A stretch of 30,000 bases of DNA from the NCBI RefSeq assembly GCF_036398755.1, contig NZ_DASWOM010000011.1:21637-51636 (forward strand), in the 5' to 3' direction. This document shows, in pieces, positions 16,813 through 24,087 of this stretch. Positions within the stretch are counted from its first letter, which is position 1, and the number at the start of each line of letters is the position of its first letter. A model generated the notes under the pieces. The model made no database searches, was not told where the DNA came from, and was given only the letters and a program-made list of their open reading frames with translations. Source of the DNA: Acerihabitans sp. (lineage in GTDB: Bacteria > Pseudomonadota > Gammaproteobacteria > Enterobacterales > Enterobacteriaceae). The position numbers and the translations under genes are program-made.

Positions 16813-18102
16813 ATGCTCAAGCGTTTACGGTGGACAATGGTTTTTATGTTGTTTATGGCCGGCGTCATCAGTTATCTGGATCGCGCGGCGCTGTCCGTTG
16901 CCGCCCCTTTGCTGACCAAGGATTTAAACCTGGACCCGGCTGAACTGGGTATTGTATTCAGCAGCTTCTTCATTGGCTATTCGCTGTTCTGTTTTGTCGG
17001 CGGACACTTATCCGATCGCCTGGGGCCAAAAAAAGTCTTGCTGGCGGCCATGCTGGTGTGGTCGCTGTTCTGCGCCTTAACGGCCGGCGTGGCCGGTATC
17101 CTCTCCTTGTTGGTGGTCCGGGTAATCTTCGGCATGGGGGAGGGGCCTTATGCCACATGCACCAATAAAATCATCCACCAATGGTTTCCGGTCGAGAAAC
17201 GCACCACGGCGGTGGGTTTGGCTAACGCGGGTCAACAGGTGGGCGGCGCCATCGCCGGTCCGTTAGTCGGATTGATTGCCGTCACCTGGGGGTGGCGCGT
17301 TCCTTTTCTTCTTATCGGCTTTTTGGGGTTGATATGGCTAATCGTGTGGCGTTTTACCGCCAGCGACAAGCCGCAACTGCATCCCTGGCTGCGCGGCCGC
17401 CTTGACGAGTCAATCGACCCTACGCCCTCCGTTGCCCGCGAGGACACGCCCGCTGTTTCCCTGGGGCAATATTTGCGCCGGCCGACCGTTCTTGCCACGT
17501 CCTTTGCCTTTTTCGGCTACGCCTATGTTCTTTACTTCTTCCTGTCATGGTTCCCGAGCTTCCTGATGATGGAGCGTCATCTGAGCCTGGCCAGCATGAG
17601 CTGGGCGAATATTGTGCCCTGGGTGTTCGGGGCCAGCGGCATCATCTTGGGCGGCCTGATTTGCGATTTGTTGTATCGAAAACTGAAAAAAGGCATTCTC
17701 GCCCATAAAATCGTCATCGTGGTCAGCCTGTTGATTTCCGCCTGCTGCGTCGCCCTGGCCGGGCAGGCTTTCAGCGTCGCCGTGGCCATTGGCCTGATGT
17801 CGGGCGCCGCCTTTTTCACCAACCTTACCCTGAGCGCCTATTGGGGCATTATCTCGGATACGGTGCATGCCAGCCGCATCGGCAGCGTGGGGGGATTTAT
17901 GCATCTGGTGGCTAATACCGCCGGCATTATCGCGCCCACGTTAACCGGTTTTCTCGTCAAGGCCACCGGGACATTCCAGAGCGCTTTTCTTATTTCCGGC
18001 GCCGTTGCGTTGCTCGGCGCGCTGGGGGTGGCTATTTTTGTCCGCCAACCCACTCTTTATACAGCGCGTCGCCGATCGTCCGACATTCGTGCCGACGGTT
18101 AA
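16813..18102 (+). CDS. MFS transporter, anion:cation symporter (ACS) family (GudP/GarP/ExuT/DgoT-like organic-acid permease)
   Basis: 429 aa, about 12 TM segments. The N-terminal signature VISYLDRAALSVAAPLL and GHLSDRLGPKK are typical of ACS-family acid-sugar and organic-anion permeases. Confidence 0.85.
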   Translation: MLKRLRWTMVFMLFMAGVISYLDRAALSVAAPLLTKDLNLDPAELGIVFSSFFIGYSLFCFVGGHLSDRLGPKKVLLAAMLVWSLFCALTAGVAGILSLLVVRVIFGMGEGPYATCTNKIIHQWFPVEKRTTAVGLANAGQQVGGAIAGPLVGLIAVTWGWRVPFLLIGFLGLIWLIVWRFTASDKPQLHPWLRGRLDESIDPTPSVAREDTPAVSLGQYLRRPTVLATSFAFFGYAYVLYFFLSWFPSFLMMERHLSLASMSWANIVPWVFGASGIILGGLICDLLYRKLKKGILAHKIVIVVSLLISACCVALAGQAFSVAVAIGLMSGAAFFTNLTLSAYWGIISDTVHASRIGSVGGFMHLVANTAGIIAPTLTGFLVKATGTFQSAFLISGAVALLGALGVAIFVRQPTLYTARRRSSDIRADG

Positions 18103-18125
18103 CCAGGGGCGATGATAGCCAGATT

Positions 18126-18164
18126 AAAGCGGATGATACATAATCGTATACCCGCTTTTCTTTT
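18126..18164 (+). terminator. Probable intrinsic terminator after the ACS-family MFS gene
   Basis: 7-bp stem AAAGCGG/CCGCTTT (18126-18132 and 18152-18158). The 19-nt loop contains an inner ATAC/GTAT pairing. The stem runs into TTTTCTTTT. Confidence 0.5.
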
Positions 18165-18175
18165 GCAGGAGTCCT

Positions 18176-19090
18176 GTGGTGTCCGATCCTTTTGCGCAAG
18201 TGGTTGCCTTGCTCCAGCCGAGCACACCCTATTCCAAGATTGCCAGCGGCGCGGGCCGCTGGCGCGTTCAGCGCTCTGAGCCGGGACGGCCATTTTACTG
18301 CGCGGTTCTCGAAGGTGCCTGCCGGCTCGCGGCCGATGGCAACGAACCGCTGATCCTGGCCGAGGGTGACTTTGTCCTGATCCCGGCGGTGCATAACTTC
18401 TCGACGTCCAGCCTGCTTGCGGCGGGTCCGCAAGACCTCGTCGTCGCGCCAACCCTATTGGCCAATGGCGAATTCAGGCTAGGTAATGCGCATGGCCCCG
18501 CCGAGGTTCGCTTGCTGATAGGCTACTGCGTTTTTGATTCTCCCGACGCGGCGTTGCTGGTTTCGCTGCTGCCCAGGTTGGTGCATGTCCGCGGCGAAAA
18601 GCGGCTGGCCACCATCCTGCAGCTGGTGAGGGAAGAAGCGCGTTCGCAGAGGCCCGCGCGCGATATTATCCTGGCGCGGCTGCTGGAGGTGCTGTTTATC
18701 GAAGCCCTGCGCTCAACGGTTGGGACGTCGGCGTCGCCCGGACTTTTGCGCGGGCTGGCCGACGACCGCGTCGCGGGCGCATTGCGCGGCATGCATGAAA
18801 CGCCGTCACGCCCCTGGACCGTTGCGCAATTGGCGAAAGAAGCCTCCCTCTCGCGATCGGCGTTTTTTGAGCGTTTTCATCGTGCCCTGGGCGTCGCCCC
18901 GATGGAATACCTGCTCGCCTGGCGCATGGCATTGGCCAAGAATTTTCTGCGTAGCGGAAACCTGGCCATGACCGAAGTCGCCCAGCGGGTCGGCTACAGT
19001 TCGGCCAGTTCGTTCAGCGTGGCGTTTAACCGCTATGCGGGGCTGCCCCCGGCCCGGTACGCGCGCGAACAGGGCGAAGGGGCCGAGTAA
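18176..19090 (+). CDS. AraC-family transcriptional regulator with N-terminal cupin domain
   Basis: 304 aa. The N-terminus DPFAQVVALLQP is typical of cupin_6-type AraC regulators. The C-terminus has a double HTH (WTVAQLAKEASLSRSAFFERF ... MTEVAQRVGYSSASSFSVAFNR). GTG start with AGGAG at 18167-18171. Confidence 0.85.
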   Translation: MVSDPFAQVVALLQPSTPYSKIASGAGRWRVQRSEPGRPFYCAVLEGACRLAADGNEPLILAEGDFVLIPAVHNFSTSSLLAAGPQDLVVAPTLLANGEFRLGNAHGPAEVRLLIGYCVFDSPDAALLVSLLPRLVHVRGEKRLATILQLVREEARSQRPARDIILARLLEVLFIEALRSTVGTSASPGLLRGLADDRVAGALRGMHETPSRPWTVAQLAKEASLSRSAFFERFHRALGVAPMEYLLAWRMALAKNFLRSGNLAMTEVAQRVGYSSASSFSVAFNRYAGLPPARYAREQGEGAE

Positions 19091-19101
19091 ACAATCCGGC
19101 G

Positions 19102-19938
19102 CTAGCGGTCATGCAGCAACAGCTCGCCGCACCCATACCGGCGCGTCCGCTCAAGCGTCGCCATGACATCCCGGTAAGCATGCTCGATCGCCTGCGGGAG
19201 GGGGATGTTTTTCAGCATATAGCCGGTCAACGCCGCGCTGAAAAGATCGCCCGTCCCTTTCGGCGTGGCGTTGATGCGCGGATGCGCGAACACCTGTTCC
19301 TGGTCGCGGGTCACCATAATGACGCGCATCGCTTGTTCGCTATCGTCGAGGGGCGCCGGCGCGGCGCTGGTGACCACGACCCACCGGGTCCTGCCGGTGA
19401 GCAGGGTACGGGCCGCGGCGATGGCCTGGTCTATCGTGGTGATGCGGCGCCCGGTTAATGTTTCCAGCTCAAAGCAATTGGGCGTCATCCCCTGGGCGTG
19501 TGGCAGCAGGGTGTCAAGGTAGGCCCGGGTCATCCTGGGGTCGACGTAGATGCCGGTATCATAATCGCCGATAACCGGATCAATGATAACCATAATCTCC
19601 GGGCGGCGGGCGACAAGTTGCGTTAACCATTCGGCCAATATTTCCGCCTGCGAGGGGCCGCCCATATAGCCGACCAGGACGGCCCGGGTCTGCCCGGCCA
19701 CGCCACGGTCATCAAGTCCCCGCAGATAGCCCCTAAACCATTCATCCGGCACCGCGCCGCCGTACAGGGAGGGGTAGTGCGGCGTATTGCTGAACATCAC
19801 CGTGGGCACCGCCGCGGCGCTGAAACCCATGCGTTGCAAGGTTGGAATGGCGACACTGTTGCCCACGCAACCATAGACCACCTGGGACTGGACGGATATC
19901 ACATCCACCGGCAGGGTTTTTAGCGACTCGTTGATCAT
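19102..19938 (-). CDS. pdxK: Pyridoxal/pyridoxine/pyridoxamine kinase
   Basis: 278 aa. Closely collinear with E. coli PdxK as I recall it: VISVQSQVVYGCVGNSVAIP, AVPTVMFSNTPHY..YGG..PDEWF, DPVIGD, KGTGDLF. Confidence 0.9.
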   Translation of the reverse strand: MINESLKTLPVDVISVQSQVVYGCVGNSVAIPTLQRMGFSAAAVPTVMFSNTPHYPSLYGGAVPDEWFRGYLRGLDDRGVAGQTRAVLVGYMGGPSQAEILAEWLTQLVARRPEIMVIIDPVIGDYDTGIYVDPRMTRAYLDTLLPHAQGMTPNCFELETLTGRRITTIDQAIAAARTLLTGRTRWVVVTSAAPAPLDDSEQAMRVIMVTRDQEQVFAHPRINATPKGTGDLFSAALTGYMLKNIPLPQAIEHAYRDVMATLERTRRYGCGELLLHDR

Positions 19939-19995
19939 AAAAAATATGCCTTAACCTGATTCTCGTGCATCACTGCGCCTACCCGGCGATAACGG

Positions 19996-20019
19996 ACCCG
20001 GACCCCGGCCGGGTTTTTT
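19996..20019 (+). terminator. Terminator-like hairpin with no upstream + strand gene
   Basis: ACCCGG/CCGGGT stem (19996-20001 and 20009-20014) with a 7-nt loop. The stem's terminal T opens a 6-T run (20014-20019). It lies in the pdxK / panE-like spacer. Confidence 0.45.
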
Positions 20020-20077
20020 CATGCATCGCATGCCGGGCTTAGCCAACCCTATAGTACTGTATTCCTTTGGGCAATAC

Positions 20078-20123
20078 TCCCTGCCGCGACCGGTGTAAAC
20101 AATGAAACAACAGGGATTTTTTT
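20078..20123 (+). terminator. Second terminator-like element in the same spacer
   Basis: TCCCTG/CAGGGA stem (20078-20083 and 20111-20116) followed by T7 (20117-20123). The 27-nt loop weakens the call. Confidence 0.3.
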
Positions 20124-20280
20124 CCTCGCGCAAGCGCTATTTTCAGCGCGACGCATCATGGCGCCTGATTTTAGGGCGCGCGGCGCTGGCGTCAACCGGG
20201 CAATGAACAGATTTCGCTGTAATAATGGCGCGGGGCTGCTTAGTATGGCAGATGCCTTTTATCAGCACGGGATGATAGTG

Positions 20281-21174
20281 ATGACCATTGAAAATCCAAC
20301 CATTGCCCTCGTCGGGCCGGGTGCCATCGGCACGACCCTGGCGGCGGCGCTGCATGAAGCCGGACGCACGCCAACCCTCTGCGGGCGCACGGCGCTTGAG
20401 CGCCTGGAGCTGCGCTTCGACGGCGGTCGTATCCTGGTGCCCGGGCCCGTGCATACCGATCCGGGCTTGATCAAGCATACCTTCGACCTGGTTTTCGTCG
20501 CGGTCAAGACGACCCAGGTGGCGGCGGCGGCGCCGTGGCTGTACGCATTGTGCGGCGCGAAAACGGTGGTCTGCGTACTGCAAAACGGCGTTGAGCAGCA
20601 AACGCTTTTCGCGCCGTTTTTATCCGGCGGCCCGGTGCTGCCCTCGGTGGTATGGTGTCCCGCGCAACGGGAACCGGACGCCTCGGTATGGCTGCGCGCC
20701 GAAGCACGCCTCACCCTGCCGGACACGCCGGCGGCCAGCCTGGTGATCGCCGCTTTGCGCGGCACCCGTTGTTCGGTCGACCTGGCGCAGGATTTTACCT
20801 CCGTCGCGTGGCGAAAACTGCTGCAGAACGCGGTCGCGGGTTTAATGGTGCTGGCCGGTCGCCGTGCCGGCATGTTCGCGCGCGCCGATATCTCCGGTCT
20901 GGCCCTGGCCTACCTGAGGGAATGTCTTGCGGTGGCGCGCGCCGAGGGCGCATTGCTGGGCGACGACGTACCGCAGGAGATCCTCGAGGGCTTTCATCGC
21001 TCCCCGCCCGACCTGGGCACCTCCATCCTTGCCGACCGCCAGGCCGGCAACCCGCTTGAATGGGACTGCCGGAACGGGGTGGTGCGCAGATGTGGCCAGG
21101 CTCGCGGCATTCCAACGCCGATAAGCGATCTGGTGGTGCCGCTGCTGGCCGCCGCCAGCGACGGACCCGGCTGA
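20281..21174 (+). CDS. 2-dehydropantoate 2-reductase family oxidoreductase (PanE/ApbA-like)
   Basis: The Rossmann motif IALVGPGAIG lies near the N-terminus when the start is ATG 20281. Also present are AVKT, LQNGV and a C-terminal ApbA_C-like region (ILADRQAGNPLEWDCRNG). The track start at 20158 adds 41 poorly coding-looking residues. Confidence 0.75.
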   Translation: MTIENPTIALVGPGAIGTTLAAALHEAGRTPTLCGRTALERLELRFDGGRILVPGPVHTDPGLIKHTFDLVFVAVKTTQVAAAAPWLYALCGAKTVVCVLQNGVEQQTLFAPFLSGGPVLPSVVWCPAQREPDASVWLRAEARLTLPDTPAASLVIAALRGTRCSVDLAQDFTSVAWRKLLQNAVAGLMVLAGRRAGMFARADISGLALAYLRECLAVARAEGALLGDDVPQEILEGFHRSPPDLGTSILADRQAGNPLEWDCRNGVVRRCGQARGIPTPISDLVVPLLAAASDGPG

Positions 21175-21192
21175 TTCGAGCGGATGGTCTTT

Positions 21193-21221
21193 CGCGCCGG
21201 GGCCGCGTAAGCCCTGGCGCG
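21193..21221 (+). terminator. GC-rich hairpin downstream of the panE-like gene
   Basis: An 11-bp stem, CGCGCCGGGGC/GCCCTGGCGCG, including one G-T pair, with a 7-nt loop. It starts 19 nt after the stop. No U-tract follows. Confidence 0.35.
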
Positions 21222-21423
21222 CTTCGGGTCGGCATCCTTATCTTCCCCAGGCTCAGCCCGGCCAAGCAGAGGCCGAACCGCGCCCCGTCATTGTCGCGGC
21301 GCATTAAAAATGTTTTTATAAACAAGATATAGATCACACTTAGTATTTCTTCTTTAAATCAATAGATTAACCATGATTTTTGTATTTTTGCTTAAAAGTC
21401 GTTGTAATTGCAAATCCACGCCG

Positions 21424-21451
21424 TTGACATCAATGCACACGTGTGCATAAA
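21424..21451 (+). promoter_or_regulatory. Candidate sigma70 promoter upstream of the kinase-enolase operon
   Basis: TTGACA (21424-21429), a 16-nt spacer, then CATAAA (21446-21451), inside the AT-rich spacer. It lies about 200 nt upstream of ATG 21656. A second, weaker candidate is TTGACA at 21576-21581. Confidence 0.45.
21433..21448. promoter_or_regulatory. Candidate LacI-family operator
   Basis: Perfect 16-bp palindrome ATGCACACGTGTGCAT with a central CG, the same architecture as PurR/CcpA/LacI-type operators. It overlaps the spacer and -10 of the candidate promoter. Confidence 0.5.
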
Positions 21452-21655
21452 TTAAGTCAATCGCGGCAAAGAATAACGGTTGTGAAAAGAGCGCTTACGC
21501 ATTGGTATTCATTTAAGCAGGTTAAATTTAAGTGAATCGCCGTTTTTGGGTAAACAACGGGCAGCTGTTGAATAATTGACAATTCTTATTGTTGATGGGT
21601 TTAGTGCGCGTTTAAAAACCATGCCGGTCTAAAGTTGGCCAGAGAAGGGTGACAT

Positions 21656-22684
21656 ATGGGAAATAGTTTTATAGACCTGTCGGCTGAACATCAGGCCATC
21701 CAGGAGGTGCTGCAAAATATGGGACTATTGCATGCGGGTAATACCTGGCATGCCACCGCCCTGACCGGCGGCGTATCCTCTAATATTTTAAAAATCACCG
21801 TCGGCAATCGGCAATTCTGTCTTAAACAGGCCTTGCCTACGCTTAAAGTCGCCAAAGAATGGCACGCGCCATTGGAGCGGATTTTTGCCGAAATCGACTG
21901 GATGAAAACCGTTGCGCGGATTGAACCCCATGTAGTGCCAAAGATATTGGGCGTGGATAACCGGCATCTCTGTTTCGTCATGGAATATTTGCCTGCGGAA
22001 CACTATCGCAATTGGAAATCCCAGCTATTGAACGGCGAGATTGATGTTGGTTTCGCCGAACGAATGGGGGGCATTCTTAATAACATACATAAACAAACGG
22101 CAAAGAATAACGAACTGGCGAGAATGTTTGCCTACGATGAGAACTTTTTCTCGCTGCGGCTGGATCCCTATCTTGGGGAAATCGCGCGCCATTGCCCTGA
22201 GCACTCCGCCTCTATTCTATCCATATTGCATCGCACCCAAACCACGAAAATCGCTTTGGTTCATGGTGATGTCAGTCCAAAGAATATTCTGCGCGGACCG
22301 CAAGGCCCGGTGATCCTGGATGCGGAATGTGCCTGGTACGGCGATCCCGCTTTTGATTTGGCATTCTGCCTCAATCATTTTTTACTGAAATCCGTTATCG
22401 CAAAAAAGAGCATTGATAAACAGCGGCTGCTGGCTTCGTTTCAGGCCCTGAGTGAAAAATATATTGCCGATATAGATTGGGAGCCTGCGGCGGATTTGAA
22501 TCTGCGCGCGGCAACGCTTTTGCCTTGTCTGCTGCTGGCGCGGGTTGATGGAAAATCACCGGCCGAATATATACAAGGCCGGGATGCGGATCGGGTGCGC
22601 CAGGCAAGTTTCACCTTACTTGACCGTGGATATACGCAATTAAAAGATATCCAGGAATTCTGGAAGAAGGAGATAGGTTTATGA
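21656..22684 (+). CDS. APH-fold small-molecule kinase, methylthioribose-kinase (MtnK)-like
   Basis: 342 aa. MtnK-like N-lobe (LTGGVSSNILKI ... CLKQALPTLKV). Brenner catalytic motif HGDVSPKN. Mg-binding segment ILDAECAWYGDPAFDLAF (compare MtnK IDPEFAFYGP.GFD). AAGGG RBS. The stop overlaps the next ATG. Confidence 0.8.
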   Translation: MGNSFIDLSAEHQAIQEVLQNMGLLHAGNTWHATALTGGVSSNILKITVGNRQFCLKQALPTLKVAKEWHAPLERIFAEIDWMKTVARIEPHVVPKILGVDNRHLCFVMEYLPAEHYRNWKSQLLNGEIDVGFAERMGGILNNIHKQTAKNNELARMFAYDENFFSLRLDPYLGEIARHCPEHSASILSILHRTQTTKIALVHGDVSPKNILRGPQGPVILDAECAWYGDPAFDLAFCLNHFLLKSVIAKKSIDKQRLLASFQALSEKYIADIDWEPAADLNLRAATLLPCLLLARVDGKSPAEYIQGRDADRVRQASFTLLDRGYTQLKDIQEFWKKEIGL

Positions 22685-23952
22685 GTAAAATAAAAAATAT
22701 CGTTGCCCGGCGTATATGGGATTCCCGCGGCTGGCCGACCGTTGAAGCCGAAGTTCATTTAGATAACGGCGTTATCGGCCGGGGTTTGGCCCCGGCCGGC
22801 GCCTCGCGCGGTATGCATGAAGCCGTTGAACTGCGCGACGGCGGCGCCACGCTCTCGGGCAAGGACGTGCGGCAGGCATTGTTGAATATCAAACATGAAA
22901 TCGCCCCCGCGCTGATCGGCCTGGACGTCACCGACCAGCGGTTAATCGATAATACCTTGATTGAACTGGATGGCACCGGCAACTTTGCCCGTTTGGGCGC
23001 CAATGCCACCGTAGCCTGCTCGATGGCCGCTATATACGCGGCCGCGGGCCACGCGCATGTGCCTTTGTGGAAATATCTTGCCGGCGGCAACCCTGTCGCC
23101 ATGCCTTTGCCGCAGATTCAAATTTTCGGCGGCGGGGCCCATGCCGGCCGGCGTATCGATATCCAGGATCTGATGGTGATTGCCAACGGCGCAACCTCCT
23201 TCCAGGAAGCCCTGGTGATGACCGCCGAGGTCTATCACAGCGCGGGTCGAATCATGGAGCGGCGCGGGCAGTTAAATGGCGTCGCCGATGAGGGCGGCTG
23301 GTGGCCCGCGTTTTCAAATAACGAGCAAGCGCTTGATACGCTGGTTAAGGCGATTGAGGGCGCGGGTTACACGCCGGGCCAGGATGTGTCCATCGCGTTG
23401 GACATCGCGTCGTCCGAGTTTGGTCAAAACGGACGTTATCGTCTGGCGCTGGAGTCAACCGAATATGACTCGGACGGCATGTGCGAATTATTACTCGGCT
23501 GGCTTGACCGCTATCCCATTATTTCCATTGAAGACCCGTTAGCTGAAGATGATGAGGCGGGATTGATTGCCTTTACCAAAGCGGCGGGCGCGCGCGTTCA
23601 AATCGTCGGTGATGACTATTTCGTGACCAATGCCGATCGGGTCAAGGCCGCCGTGGCGAAAGGAGCCTGCAACGCCGTGCTGTTAAAACCCAATCAGGCC
23701 GGCACCCTTACCCAATTATTCAATGCCTGTGAACAGGCAAAGTCGGCCGGCTTTGGGACGATTATTTCGGCCCGCTCCGGGGAGACGGAGGATAATATCA
23801 TCGTACATTTAGCCCTGGGCCTGAATGCCGGGCAATTAAAAGTGGGCTCCATAACACGCGCCGAGCGTACCTCGAAATGGAATGAGGCCATTCGCCTGGA
23901 AGATTCAAACGATTTGGGTTTTTTAGGGATAAGGGCACTGGGAAATAAATAA
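22681..23952 (+). CDS. Enolase-family protein (divergent phosphopyruvate hydratase paralogue)
   Basis: 423 aa, collinear with E. coli Eno. Shared segments: DSRGWPTVEAEVHL, GASRG, VADEGGW, ALDIASSEF, ISIEDP, IVGDDYFVTN, LLKPNQAGTL, SGETED, LKVGS. AGGAG RBS. The ATG overlaps the kinase stop as ATGA at 22681-22684. Confidence 0.9.
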   Translation: MSKIKNIVARRIWDSRGWPTVEAEVHLDNGVIGRGLAPAGASRGMHEAVELRDGGATLSGKDVRQALLNIKHEIAPALIGLDVTDQRLIDNTLIELDGTGNFARLGANATVACSMAAIYAAAGHAHVPLWKYLAGGNPVAMPLPQIQIFGGGAHAGRRIDIQDLMVIANGATSFQEALVMTAEVYHSAGRIMERRGQLNGVADEGGWWPAFSNNEQALDTLVKAIEGAGYTPGQDVSIALDIASSEFGQNGRYRLALESTEYDSDGMCELLLGWLDRYPIISIEDPLAEDDEAGLIAFTKAAGARVQIVGDDYFVTNADRVKAAVAKGACNAVLLKPNQAGTLTQLFNACEQAKSAGFGTIISARSGETEDNIIVHLALGLNAGQLKVGSITRAERTSKWNEAIRLEDSNDLGFLGIRALGNK

Positions 23953-24087
23953 CTGAAGGTTTACATGATTTATTAGCTGAACAGGCGTTATCTATAGGTT
24001 TTATTATCCTATATCCTGCCGTTTTTTGACTGTCTGTTCTGGTTATAGGAATTTTTGCAATTCAATATTTGCAATCAGGAGATTCAA

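Noticed and set aside
19951-20133. A 60-aa minus-strand ORF in the pdxK/panE-like spacer.
   Set aside because: It has no convincing RBS, a low-complexity Gly/Arg/Pro-rich product and no recognisable motif. The region is better explained by RNA structures on the other strand.
21656-23952. Reading the MtnK-like kinase plus 'enolase' pair as a methionine-salvage module.
   Set aside because: The salvage 'enolase' is a RuBisCO-like or HAD-type protein, not an enolase-fold enzyme. No MtnA isomerase, MtnB dehydratase or MtnD dioxygenase homologue is present in the window.
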